Of a stretch of DNA of 64,000 nucleotides, positions 10,622 to 19,651 are shown one piece after another. The notes below the pieces were generated by a model that saw only the letters and a program-made list of their open reading frames with translations, ran no database searches and was not told the origin of the DNA. The stretch covers positions 5,088 through 69,087 of the forward strand of contig CAZOEL010000018.1 of assembly GCA_964578835.1 (NCBI GenBank), read 5' to 3'. How positions within the stretch are numbered: the first letter of the stretch is position 1; the number at the start of each line of letters is the position of its first letter. Source of the stretch: an uncultured Syntrophobacteraceae bacterium (lineage in GTDB: Bacteria; Desulfobacterota; Syntrophobacteria; Syntrophobacterales; Syntrophobacteraceae). Both the position numbers and the translations under genes were made by a program.

Positions 10622-11759
10622 AGCAGGCGACTTTCATCGACTTGGCGAGCTTTTCGATGAGGCTCTCGGCCAAAGGATATTTTCTGCCGCAAGCCTGCTG
10701 CTTGCATCGCCGGAAGGCGTATTGCACCATTCGACTTGGGGATACACGAGCCATGAAGACGGAAATGCAGCGGGAAAGGACGCCCGGTTCGACCTCGCAT
10801 CTCTCACAAAGCCGCTCATCACGGCGCCGCTTTGGATGAGGGCAATAAGCCTTGGAGCGCTCTCACTCGACGATCCACTCTCCCGTTTTATACCCGCAAC
10901 ACTTCTTCCCGCGGAAAAGAAGGAAATCACAGTAAGGCTCCTTCTCAACCACTCCTCGGGACTGCCGCCGCACAAGCCTTTTTATCTGGAGCTTATCGGC
11001 TTGCCTCAGCAAGAAAGACGCAACGCGCTTCTTTCTCGCATACTTAATACGCCGCTACTCGATAAGCCGGGAAAAGCTTCTCATTACAGCGACCTTGGCT
11101 TCCTGCTCCTCGGAATGATCCTTGAGGACGCCTTCGACAGCCCCTTGGAACGGCTTGCCGACGAAGCGCTTATCGGCCCTATCTGTCAGGGAGAGCTTAA
11201 CTTTCGTCCCCTTTCGACCTCAGACGATCCGACGTCGCTTCCATCGCAGCTTTCTTCGGATGACTTTTCCTACGTCGCCACGGAGCGCTGCCCCTGGCGC
11301 AAACGATTGCTCCGAGGGGAAGTCCATGATGAAAACGCTTATACGCTGGGCGGAACGGCAGGCCATGCGGGTCTTTTCGGAACGGCTTTCGGCGTTTACC
11401 TGCTGCTCAAATTTCTATGGGATCTTCACCGCGACGCAGGCCAGTCCCTCGGGTGGTCATCCGATACGGTAAGAACCTTCTGGACAAGGACCGAAGTCGC
11501 TCCAAACGGCGCCTGGGCTCTGGGCTTCGATTCGCCAAGCGCTACCGGATCGAGCGCCGGAAGGTATTTTTCGCGCCAAAGCATTGGGCACCTGGGCTTT
11601 ACGGGCGTTTCTTTCTGGCTTGACCCGGAACAGGAAATTCTGGTGATTCTTCTAACCAACCGAGTGCATCCGACGCGGGAGAACCTCAAAATTAGAGATT
11701 TTCGTCCACTTCTGCACAATCGGGTGATGAAGGCGTACTATGAATTCAAAAGACATTAA
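10578..11759 (+). CDS. Serine hydrolase, beta-lactamase/PBP-like family
   Basis: 393 aa with the SxxK motif (ASLTKPL), a YSD(L) segment and HLGFTG near the C-terminus. It sits between ldcA and mpl. The start is uncertain because it overlaps ldcA by 44 nt. Confidence 0.75.
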   Translation: MTAGYELSRALFVDKAGDFHRLGELFDEALGQRIFSAASLLLASPEGVLHHSTWGYTSHEDGNAAGKDARFDLASLTKPLITAPLWMRAISLGALSLDDPLSRFIPATLLPAEKKEITVRLLLNHSSGLPPHKPFYLELIGLPQQERRNALLSRILNTPLLDKPGKASHYSDLGFLLLGMILEDAFDSPLERLADEALIGPICQGELNFRPLSTSDDPTSLPSQLSSDDFSYVATERCPWRKRLLRGEVHDENAYTLGGTAGHAGLFGTAFGVYLLLKFLWDLHRDAGQSLGWSSDTVRTFWTRTEVAPNGAWALGFDSPSATGSSAGRYFSRQSIGHLGFTGVSFWLDPEQEILVILLTNRVHPTRENLKIRDFRPLLHNRVMKAYYEFKRH

Positions 11760-13161
11760 GTCGGTTTACATGATGGGAATCGGCGGCATCGCCATGGGAA
11801 CTCTGGCCACGATGCTGAAAGAAAAAGGTCTTCAGGTGCTGGGCTCGGACCAAAATCTCTATCCCCCCATGAGCACCCATCTGGAAGCATTACAGATTCC
11901 CGTATTTCAAGGCTACAGCGCGGAGAACCTGCGGAAGTGCTCCCCCGATGCGGTAATCATCGGCAATGTCATACGAAGGGATAACCCGGAGGCGCAGCAC
12001 ACGCTCAAAAGCGGGCTCCCTTATTTGTCCATGCCTCAGGCCATCGACCGTTTCTTCCTCACCCGCCACAAGAGCATCGTTGTTGCCGGCACGCACGGGA
12101 AAAGCACCACATCTTCTCTGATGGCGCATACGCTCGCTCATGCAGGCCTGGACCCGAGCGCCTTCATAGGCGCATTCCTCAAAGAGTGGCGGCAAAGCTA
12201 CAGGATCGGGAATGGGCCTTACATGGTTCTCGAAGGCGATGAATACGATACCGCATTCTTCGACAAAGGCCCAAAATTTCTCCATTACCGTCCTCACATA
12301 GGCATTCTTACAAGCATTGAATTCGACCATGCCGATATTTTTGATGATTTTGAAGCCGTGCTTGATGCGTTCCGCCGCTACGTGGAGTTGATTCCCTCCG
12401 ACGGATGCCTCATTGTGAACGCCGATGACGAGCATTGCAGGGCGCTGAGCGACAAGTGCAAAGGCAGGGTCATCGCTTATGGAGCTTCGGAGCATGCGGA
12501 CTGGAGACTCCTAGACATTGCTTATAAGTCCGAGGAGGTTCAATTCGAATACTGGAATCCAGAAGCAAAACGAAAAGAGCTCATGATCTCCAAGATTCCC
12601 GGGAGACACAATGCTTTCAACACGCTGGCGGTCGCCGCGGCATGCTCGGTTGCGGGGCTGTCCGTCGATCGTGTTCAGGCCGCGGTTCTCGCTTTTAAAG
12701 GCGTGACGCGAAGGCAGGATATCGTTGGAGAAAGCCGCGGCGTAATCGTTATGGATGATTTTGCGCACCACCCGACCGCAGTGGTTGAGACAATCGGCGC
12801 CTTGCGGCGTTTTTATCCCAACAGGAGAATCATTGCAGCCTTCGAGCCCAGGACCAATTCCAGCCGTAGAAGCATATTCCAGGATTCCTACGCAACTGCT
12901 TTTGATGAAGCGGATTGCACCTGCATAAAAGAGCCGCCCGGCATGGACGCTATTCCACGGGAGGAGCGGCTGGACACCAGGCGCCTGGCGAAGGAGATCA
13001 AGAACAGAAAGAACGAGGCGCATTATTTCGAGAATATCGAAAATCTTGTGAGCTTTCTCGTTGAATATTGCCGCGCCGGGGATCTGGTGTTATGCATGAG
13101 TAACGGAAGCTTTGACGGGCTCCATCAGAAGCTGTTGAACGCATTGAATGATCTGCCATGA
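11740..13161 (+). CDS. mpl: UDP-N-acetylmuramate:L-alanyl-gamma-D-glutamyl-meso-diaminopimelate ligase
   Basis: 473 aa Mur-ligase architecture. The N-terminus is MGIGGIAMGTLA..GSD and the P-loop is GTHGKSTT. It resembles Mpl more closely than MurC. Confidence 0.88.
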   Translation: MNSKDIKSVYMMGIGGIAMGTLATMLKEKGLQVLGSDQNLYPPMSTHLEALQIPVFQGYSAENLRKCSPDAVIIGNVIRRDNPEAQHTLKSGLPYLSMPQAIDRFFLTRHKSIVVAGTHGKSTTSSLMAHTLAHAGLDPSAFIGAFLKEWRQSYRIGNGPYMVLEGDEYDTAFFDKGPKFLHYRPHIGILTSIEFDHADIFDDFEAVLDAFRRYVELIPSDGCLIVNADDEHCRALSDKCKGRVIAYGASEHADWRLLDIAYKSEEVQFEYWNPEAKRKELMISKIPGRHNAFNTLAVAAACSVAGLSVDRVQAAVLAFKGVTRRQDIVGESRGVIVMDDFAHHPTAVVETIGALRRFYPNRRIIAAFEPRTNSSRRSIFQDSYATAFDEADCTCIKEPPGMDAIPREERLDTRRLAKEIKNRKNEAHYFENIENLVSFLVEYCRAGDLVLCMSNGSFDGLHQKLLNALNDLP

Positions 13162-13174
13162 AGTTGACAAAGAT

Positions 13175-13714
13175 ATGTCCAGGATTCTTCTCCATTGCTG
13201 TTGCGGCCCCTGCGCCATTTACCCTTTTGAAGCCCTTCGGCTCAAAGAATGGGCTGTGCATGGTTTTTTCTATAACCCCAATATTCAGCCCTATCAGGAA
13301 CTGGAGAAAAGGCTTGAAGCGTTTCGCGCCATAGCAGGGCTCGAAAACCTGGAGATCATTGTAAGGCCGGATTATGATCTGGAAAGCTTTCTAAGGAATA
13401 CGGCATTCCGCGAGCATCAGCGCTGCATTTACTGCTATGCGACCCGATTGGAGGCGACGGCGCGTCTGGCCAAGAAGAGCCGTTTTGACGCCTTCACGAC
13501 CACGCTCCTTTACAGCAAGCAGCAAAAACACGATCTGATCCGCTCCATCGCCTCCGAAGCGTCTCGAAAGTATGACGTTCCCTTTTACTACGAGGATTTC
13601 CGCGCGGGATGGAAGCAAGGCCAGGAGCGCGCAAAGGCTGCCGGAATCTATCGACAGCAGTACTGCGGCTGCATCTATAGCGAAAAAGAACGTTTTCATA
13701 AACCTGTGCGTTGA
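13175..13714 (+). CDS. queH: Epoxyqueuosine reductase QueH (DUF208)
   Basis: Cysteine pattern LLHCCCGPC ... CIYCY ... YCGCIYS is typical of QueH. The start is set at ATG 13175. Confidence 0.85.
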   Translation: MSRILLHCCCGPCAIYPFEALRLKEWAVHGFFYNPNIQPYQELEKRLEAFRAIAGLENLEIIVRPDYDLESFLRNTAFREHQRCIYCYATRLEATARLAKKSRFDAFTTTLLYSKQQKHDLIRSIASEASRKYDVPFYYEDFRAGWKQGQERAKAAGIYRQQYCGCIYSEKERFHKPVR

Positions 13715-13720
13715 GCGGAA

Positions 13721-14491
13721 ATGAGCTCTCCAGATATCAAGAGCCACATTCGGGAATACTACGGAAGACTCCATCAAAGAGAGGCTGGAGTTGCCGGCGC
13801 TTCTCTTCCGGTCAAAACTGGCAGAGAGCTCGCAAAGTCGCTCGGATACAACCGGCAACTGTTTGATATCCTACCGGAAGACTATTGGCGAAGCTTCCTG
13901 CCGTGCGGAAATCTTTCCCCATACTTGCAGGCTTCGCCCGGGGACCGAATGTTGAATCTAGGCTGCGGCGTTGGCGTCGACACCTTCTCTATTCTACTCG
14001 ACTATGGGGCTTCTATTGAGGTTATAAGTCTTGACGTAGTGTTCGAAGCTCTCAAAAAGGCGTCGCTCATCGACTCATCTCAGTTCCTTTCCGGGATGGC
14101 GAGGTTTCCCGCGGCTTCATGGATTTGTGGCGATGCGGAAGCTTTGCCCTTTCAGGAAGACTCGTTCGATTGGGTTATAATGAATGGGGTCTTCAATCTC
14201 TTCACTTGGGGGATTACTGCCTCTGGAAGCTTACCCTTTCTCAAGGAGGCGCGCAGAGTGGTAAAGCCGGGCGGATCTTTGATAGTTGCGGATCTATGCT
14301 CCTCAGCTCCGCTGCCTGACTATTTTCACGAGAATAGAGACGCCTGGGCATGGTGCATGAGCGGAGCGCTTACAGAAGAGAAGCTATCAGACCTTCTTCG
14401 AATATCGGGATTTCAAAGGATCCGGATAATCCCTCAGGAGGAGCCGGATATTCTTTACAGGATAGTTTTTTCCTGCCGCAAGGCAGCCTGA
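13721..14491 (+). CDS. Class I SAM-dependent methyltransferase (ArsM-like N-terminal layout)
   Basis: SAM motif I (MLNLGCGVGVD), an acidic loop and a KPGG post-I motif. The N-terminal region resembles arsenite-methyltransferase-type proteins but lacks their cysteine pairs. Confidence 0.8.
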   Translation: MSSPDIKSHIREYYGRLHQREAGVAGASLPVKTGRELAKSLGYNRQLFDILPEDYWRSFLPCGNLSPYLQASPGDRMLNLGCGVGVDTFSILLDYGASIEVISLDVVFEALKKASLIDSSQFLSGMARFPAASWICGDAEALPFQEDSFDWVIMNGVFNLFTWGITASGSLPFLKEARRVVKPGGSLIVADLCSSAPLPDYFHENRDAWAWCMSGALTEEKLSDLLRISGFQRIRIIPQEEPDILYRIVFSCRKAA

Positions 14492-14567
14492 ACAACCAGG
14501 CAAACGTGACTCGTACTTATCCAACGGAACGCACAGCGCGGTTCTTTGAATGCAAAGGAAAGCATAG

Positions 14568-15011
14568 GTGAATTGTATGATGACGAAGCCGGAAGGACAC
14601 ATTCTCGATGAGATGAAACTGGAAAATGGGCTCACAATATACTTTTTCGATGAATCGAAGCGGATTGTCGGCGACCGATGGCAGGTGCAGCTTTCGGTTC
14701 ACGCTCCATTGGCGGTCAAGGAGAATTATTTTCTTGGGTGCGAAGATTCCGGAAGAGCGTATGAAGATTTCACGGCTGAATTCGGACGTACTATCGTCTT
14801 CAAGCAAACAAAGACCCGGAACTTCATTGCGGATGAAGAGATGAAATCTCTTCTGGATACGATGAAAGAGGACATGCTCAAATCAAATGTCCCATATCTC
14901 TCCAACCCGAGCTTTGCGGAAAAGTATGTTCTCAAGCGCTACGAAGAATGGCGCAAGGAGCAGCAGTATCGGAGGGCCCATTTTGAAGCTATTAGCCGTG
15001 TAGATCAGTAG
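14568..15011 (+). CDS. Hypothetical protein
   Basis: 147-aa ORF with a GTG start after AAAGGAAAG. Composition is protein-like. No motif was recognised. Confidence 0.5.
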   Translation: MNCMMTKPEGHILDEMKLENGLTIYFFDESKRIVGDRWQVQLSVHAPLAVKENYFLGCEDSGRAYEDFTAEFGRTIVFKQTKTRNFIADEEMKSLLDTMKEDMLKSNVPYLSNPSFAEKYVLKRYEEWRKEQQYRRAHFEAISRVDQ

Positions 15012-15040
15012 GGCTCATGACTCTGGCGCCGCATTTTCTA

Positions 15041-15331
15041 TCAAGATTCGACGAATCTCAGATCTCCGGCGCATGAGTATTTCCGGCAAGCTTCCGGCCT
15101 GACGTCGTAAATAGAGCATCTCCCGCAGGCGGAAAGGTACACGCATTTGCCGTTCTCCCTCTTCAGGGTATACATCCACAAAGGTTCCTCATCGACGAGG
15201 TAAAACCCTGTCTCATACTCCTCGTCGGTGAGAAGAACCTTGAATTTTCGGCAGCACAAGTTGTGCCCGCATGTGCTGCATTGGAGAACGGCAAGCATTT
15301 TTCTCTCATCCATGCTTCCTCGATTATTCAA
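15041..15331 (-). CDS. YkgJ-family cysteine-cluster protein (UPF0153)
   Basis: Has CSTCGHNLCC near the N-terminus and CVYLSACGRCSIYDVRPEACRKYSC, the CxxCxxCC / C-rich pattern of the family. Confidence 0.7.
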   Translation of the reverse strand: MNNRGSMDERKMLAVLQCSTCGHNLCCRKFKVLLTDEEYETGFYLVDEEPLWMYTLKRENGKCVYLSACGRCSIYDVRPEACRKYSCAGDLRFVES

Positions 15332-15362
15332 GAATCAGGATGGTGGATTTTTTTCAACTCAG

Positions 15363-15809
15363 TCAGGCGCCCAGCTTTTTTCTCACCAGATCGTTCACCA
15401 CTTTTCCCTCGGCGCGTCCTGCAATCTTGGGCATGAGGCATTTCATCACCTTCCCCATTTCTTTAGCTGTACTGGCCCCGGTTTCAGCGAGCGCTTCGTC
15501 GATCAGTCTCTCAAGTTCCTCAGATCCAAGAGCTTCGGGAAGAAACTCTTGAAGAATGCGGATCTCGTCTTCCTCTTTGTCGGCAAGATCCTGCCTTCCA
15601 CCCTTCTTGTACTGCTCGGACGAATCGCGCCGTTGCTTGATCTGTGACGAAATCAGCTGCTGTATCTCAGTTTCGTCAGGCTTCCGTTTGAGCTCCTTTT
15701 CTTTGACTTTCAGCACAGTGAGAAGCAGTCGAATGGCGTTCCGCTTATTTTCATTCTTTTCTCGAATGGCGTCCTTCAACGCCAGATCTATACGCTCCTG
15801 CAATTCCAT
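15363..15809 (-). CDS. yqeY: GatB/YqeY domain-containing protein
   Basis: 148 aa, starting MELQERIDLALKDAIREKNENKRNAIRLLL and ending ...GRAEGKVVNDLVRKKL, matching the YqeY pattern. Confidence 0.85.
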   Translation of the reverse strand: MELQERIDLALKDAIREKNENKRNAIRLLLTVLKVKEKELKRKPDETEIQQLISSQIKQRRDSSEQYKKGGRQDLADKEEDEIRILQEFLPEALGSEELERLIDEALAETGASTAKEMGKVMKCLMPKIAGRAEGKVVNDLVRKKLGA

Positions 15810-15827
15810 AGCATCTCCCGTCTTGCT

Positions 15828-16580
15828 TTATCCCTCCGATTTGGAACGATCCATGAAGCTCTTGACTGCGCCCAATGCTTCGCTCAGCTTCAGAGAGCCG
15901 TTATAGAGAGCCTTTCCCGTGATGACGCCCAAAAGCCCCTTGGAAGCCAGGGGGAAGAGAGCCTCGATGTCAGCCAGGGAAGCAACTCCTCCCGAAGCAA
16001 TAACGGGAATCGAGGTAGCTTCCATGAGCTTTTGCGTCGCCTCGACATTGACGCCCGACTGCATGCCGTCCCGATGAATGTCGGTGTAGATAACGGCTTC
16101 GATCGGCAGTCCTTCGAACTTGCGCACGAAGGAAAGCACATCCGTGCTGGAAGTCTCTTTCCATCCCTCGACGGCGACTTGCCCATTTCGAGCATCTATG
16201 CCCAGAGCAATGCGCATCGGGTGCGAAGAGCACGCCCGGCTTACAAACTCCGGCTCCCGAAGAGCCATTGTTCCGATAATCACCCGCCGGACGCCAATTC
16301 GCATATATTCATCAACGGATTCAATATTGCGGATGCCGCCTCCGACCTGCACGGGAATAGGAACCGCTTTCACAATCGAAGCAATAACATCCCGGTTCTT
16401 GGGAGCTTTAGTGAATGCGCCGTCCAGATCCACCACGTGCAGCCACTGAGCGCCCTCTTCCAGCCAACGGCGGGCTACGGCTACGGGGTCGTTCCCATAT
16501 ACGGTCATACGGTCCGGGTCGCCCTGCATGAGGCGAACGCATTGACCGTCCTTCAGATCAATTGCAGGAAATACAATCAT
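15828..16580 (-). CDS. hisA: ProFAR isomerase HisA (1-(5-phosphoribosyl)-5-[(5-phosphoribosylamino)methylideneamino]imidazole-4-carboxamide isomerase)
   Basis: 250 aa with MIVFPAIDLKDGQCVRL, VVDLDGA, VQVGGGIR and ASGGV motifs. Confidence 0.92.
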   Translation of the reverse strand: MIVFPAIDLKDGQCVRLMQGDPDRMTVYGNDPVAVARRWLEEGAQWLHVVDLDGAFTKAPKNRDVIASIVKAVPIPVQVGGGIRNIESVDEYMRIGVRRVIIGTMALREPEFVSRACSSHPMRIALGIDARNGQVAVEGWKETSSTDVLSFVRKFEGLPIEAVIYTDIHRDGMQSGVNVEATQKLMEATSIPVIASGGVASLADIEALFPLASKGLLGVITGKALYNGSLKLSEALGAVKSFMDRSKSEG

Positions 16581-16620
16581 TTATTCTCTCTAGCGTAAGA
16601 AGTTGCGTTGAACATCGAAA

Positions 16621-17037
16621 TTACGAGACATGCTCAGGCCGGCGATGCTTTGGCTCAAGGATATTTCGCAGAAACTCCGGAGGCTTGAGCACTTTGCGCT
16701 CCCTGTTGACACAGACATGTATAGTGTAGCCGGAAGCGAGAATCTCCTCCCCACGAATGATCTCGTAATCAAACCTTAGCCGCGCCATTCCATCGAATTT
16801 GAAGATAGTCACTATGGTGAGGGCGTCATCGTAAAAAGCGGGTTTTTTATAGGAGCAATGGGCCTCGATGACAGGAAGATAGACTCCTTCTTTTTCTACT
16901 TGTAGATAGGTCGATCCACATGAACGGAACAACTCGCCTCGACCAAGCTCGAACCATTTCAGATAGTTCCCGTAATAAGCCTGTCCCATCGCATCGGTAT
17001 CGCCGTATAGAACCCTGAACTGAGCTTTATTAATCAT
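16621..17037 (-). CDS. Acyl-CoA thioesterase, YbgC/4HBT hotdog family
   Basis: 138 aa. The N-terminus VLYGDTDAMGQAYYGNYLKWFELGR is typical of the YbgC-type hotdog fold. Confidence 0.85.
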   Translation of the reverse strand: MINKAQFRVLYGDTDAMGQAYYGNYLKWFELGRGELFRSCGSTYLQVEKEGVYLPVIEAHCSYKKPAFYDDALTIVTIFKFDGMARLRFDYEIIRGEEILASGYTIHVCVNRERKVLKPPEFLRNILEPKHRRPEHVS

Positions 17038-17064
17038 GAGGAATATTTCTCGAGAAGATTGGAG

Positions 17065-18306
17065 CTAATTGCCTGTGAAGAAATCGAAGAGCTCCACTCC
17101 GTCTCGCAGCCTCAACTCTCGGGCGCGAGCAGCGCGCTCGCAAAAGGTATCCTCAGGACCGGAGGAATTCAGCCCCGACGCCAAAAGATCCACCATTAGA
17201 AAGGGCACGGGATCGCTCACGTGCGTACGCACATGAACGGGCGTGAGATGATCCATTATGACAAGGAGCCGCACTTTATCGAAGCGCCTGGCGCCTTCGA
17301 CAATCGGCCCGACAACTTTTTCGTCGAAGGCTTCTATGGCCTCCAGTTTTTTGCTCAAACTGCCTTCGTGGGACGCCTCGTCGGGGGCCTCGATATGAAC
17401 GTAGACAAATTCGCCTGTTTCAAGCGCCTTCAAAGAAGCGGCCACTTTACCGGCATAATTGGTGTCCAGGTACCCTGTTGCGCCCGGAACGGAGATGGGA
17501 TCGAGCCCGGCGTAGACGCCAAGGCCTTTGAGAAGATCCACCGCCGAGATCATGGCGCCCGTGAGCCCGGCTTTCTCTTTAAGGGTCGGCATGGAGGGCG
17601 CTCTCCCCTGCCCCCAGAGCCAGACGGCGTTCGGTCCGTTCTTCCCGGCAGCCATGCGGTTTCGATTCACGGGATGATCGGCCAGTATGACGCCGGCCTT
17701 TTCCATGAAGGACAAAAGGGCGGGCTCGCTTTCGTACACTTTGCCGTAGGACTCGATGGGCTGACCCGATATGTCGTGCGGAGGAGTGGTCTTCAAATCG
17801 GATCGTCCTCCCGGCCACACGAGCAAATGACGGTAGCTCACGCCGGGATAGAGCTTCAGCGGGCTCTCCTTTACGGCTTCTTGCAGGGAGGCGATGACTT
17901 CATGGGCTTCGCCGGTAGATATATGGCCCGCAGAATAATCGAGCATTCTGGTAACGCCTTCTCCATCTTTTTCGAGCGTCACCAGATTGCATCGGAAGGC
18001 GACATCATGAGGCTCGAGCCGGACGCCCATGCTGGCCGCCTCGAGAGGCGCCCTTCCCGTGTGGAATCTCGCAGGATCATAGCCCAGAAGGCTCATGTTT
18101 GCGACATCGCTCCCAGGCTCCATCCCTTCCGGAATGGTCTGCACCATTCCCATTAGGCCTGCCTGGACAAGACCGTCGATATTAGGAGTTCGAGCAACTT
18201 CCAGAGGCGTCTTCCCGCCAAGCTCTTCAAGTGGATAATCCCCCATCCCGTCGCCTACCAGGATGATATATTTCCAGTCGGTTTCTCTATCCGTTGTCAT
18301 GGACAT
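17065..18306 (-). CDS. Cofactor-independent phosphoglycerate mutase-like (ApgM/alkaline-phosphatase superfamily) protein
   Basis: 413 aa. Has ILVGDGMGD near the N-terminus, then HIEAPDEASHEG and MDHLTP metal-site motifs of archaeal-type iPGM-like enzymes. It lies immediately downstream of hom. Confidence 0.85.
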   Translation of the reverse strand: MSMTTDRETDWKYIILVGDGMGDYPLEELGGKTPLEVARTPNIDGLVQAGLMGMVQTIPEGMEPGSDVANMSLLGYDPARFHTGRAPLEAASMGVRLEPHDVAFRCNLVTLEKDGEGVTRMLDYSAGHISTGEAHEVIASLQEAVKESPLKLYPGVSYRHLLVWPGGRSDLKTTPPHDISGQPIESYGKVYESEPALLSFMEKAGVILADHPVNRNRMAAGKNGPNAVWLWGQGRAPSMPTLKEKAGLTGAMISAVDLLKGLGVYAGLDPISVPGATGYLDTNYAGKVAASLKALETGEFVYVHIEAPDEASHEGSLSKKLEAIEAFDEKVVGPIVEGARRFDKVRLLVIMDHLTPVHVRTHVSDPVPFLMVDLLASGLNSSGPEDTFCERAARARELRLRDGVELFDFFTGN

Positions 18307-18309
18307 AAC

Positions 18310-19635
18310 TTAATAAATGCTTTCCGTTTCCTGATTTTCGATACGTATGAGCTGAGTCTGACCCGATAGCACCACATCCAGGCTCTCGATTTCTGACATC
18401 GCTCTTCTCACATTCCTTTCGAGGGCTTCATGCGTGAGCATCACTATGGGAACGGCTCCTTCCACCTCGCGTCCCTTTTGTATGACAGCCGCTATGCTGA
18501 TCTGGTTTTCGCCGAGTATTCCGGAAATTTTCGAGAGCACGCCTGGACGATCCAGGGCGGCAAAGCGAAAATAGTAGCAGGTATTCACATCGGCAATGGG
18601 CTTTACCGGAAGATCCTCGAGGCGATCACATCGGAAGCCGAGATGAGGGACCCGGTCCGGAGTATTCCCGATAATGTCTCGCGCAAGATCCATCAGATCG
18701 CTCACTACGGCGCTCCCGGTAGGCAACATTCCTGCGCCGAGGCCGTAGAGCATGATATTGCCGACAGCGTTTCCGCGAATATGAACGGCGTTGTAAGCCC
18801 CTTTTACACCGGCAAGGACATGATTGCTCGGGATCAGAGTCGGGTGGACGCGCATTTCGACGCGGCCGTCGGTATTTCTGGCGATGGCCAGGAGCTTCAG
18901 CTGATAGCCGAATTCCTCGCCGAATTGGATATCGACCGGATCGATTCGGGTGATGCCTTCTGTGTAGACGGAGTCCAGCCGGATGGGCGCCCCGAAGGCG
19001 ATCGATGCGGCAATGGCGAGCTTGTGCGCGGCGTCTCCGCCTCCCACGTCCAAAGTAGGATCGGCTTCGGCGTAGCCTTTGGCCTGAGCCTCCCGGAGGG
19101 CTTCCTCAAAGGAGATTCCCTGCTCGGTCATGCGGGTCAGGATATAGTTGGAGGTGCCGTTGAGTATCCCGAAAATGGTCTCGATCTTATTTGCGGCGAG
19201 TCCTTCCCTCAACGATTTTATGAGCGGGATTCCTCCGGCGACGGAAGCTTCGAAAGCAATCGAGCGATTATTGCGCCTGGCTATCTGAAAAAGCTCGTTG
19301 CCGTCATGAGCCAAAAGAGCCTTGTTTGCGGTGACGACATGCTTTTTGTTCTCGAGGGCTTTGCAGACTACGCTCTTGGCTGCGGTCAACCCTCCGATGA
19401 GCTCGACAACTATGTCAATCTCCGGATCCTCTAAAATGTCGTCGGCCCTGGTTGTGAGCATCTCACGAGGCGGAGAGACAGGTCTTTGCCGTTCAAGGTC
19501 GATATCCGCGACACGCTTCAGATGTATTGGAACGCCCAGGCGCTTTTCTATGATTTCCGCATTTTCCCGAAGCACCTGTATCACGCCGCAGCCTACGGTT
19601 CCCCAGCCGATCAATCCAACTCCAATGGAACGCAT
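18310..19635 (-). CDS. hom: Homoserine dehydrogenase
   Basis: Start at ATG 19635 (MRSIGVGLIGWGTVG). Rossmann N-terminus, a catalytic domain (GILNGTSNYIL) and a C-terminal ACT domain. The longer ORF-track start would overlap the upstream gene. Confidence 0.92.
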   Translation of the reverse strand: MRSIGVGLIGWGTVGCGVIQVLRENAEIIEKRLGVPIHLKRVADIDLERQRPVSPPREMLTTRADDILEDPEIDIVVELIGGLTAAKSVVCKALENKKHVVTANKALLAHDGNELFQIARRNNRSIAFEASVAGGIPLIKSLREGLAANKIETIFGILNGTSNYILTRMTEQGISFEEALREAQAKGYAEADPTLDVGGGDAAHKLAIAASIAFGAPIRLDSVYTEGITRIDPVDIQFGEEFGYQLKLLAIARNTDGRVEMRVHPTLIPSNHVLAGVKGAYNAVHIRGNAVGNIMLYGLGAGMLPTGSAVVSDLMDLARDIIGNTPDRVPHLGFRCDRLEDLPVKPIADVNTCYYFRFAALDRPGVLSKISGILGENQISIAAVIQKGREVEGAVPIVMLTHEALERNVRRAMSEIESLDVVLSGQTQLIRIENQETESIY

Positions 19636-19651
19636 CTTGTCCTCTTTTTTC

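Noticed and set aside
17221-18156. 311-aa plus-strand ORF. The similar long antisense ORFs at 35935..36933, 53376..54251, 45170..45955 and 11890..12495 belong with it.
   Set aside because: All lie opposite genes with clear family signatures and have biased shadow-frame composition.
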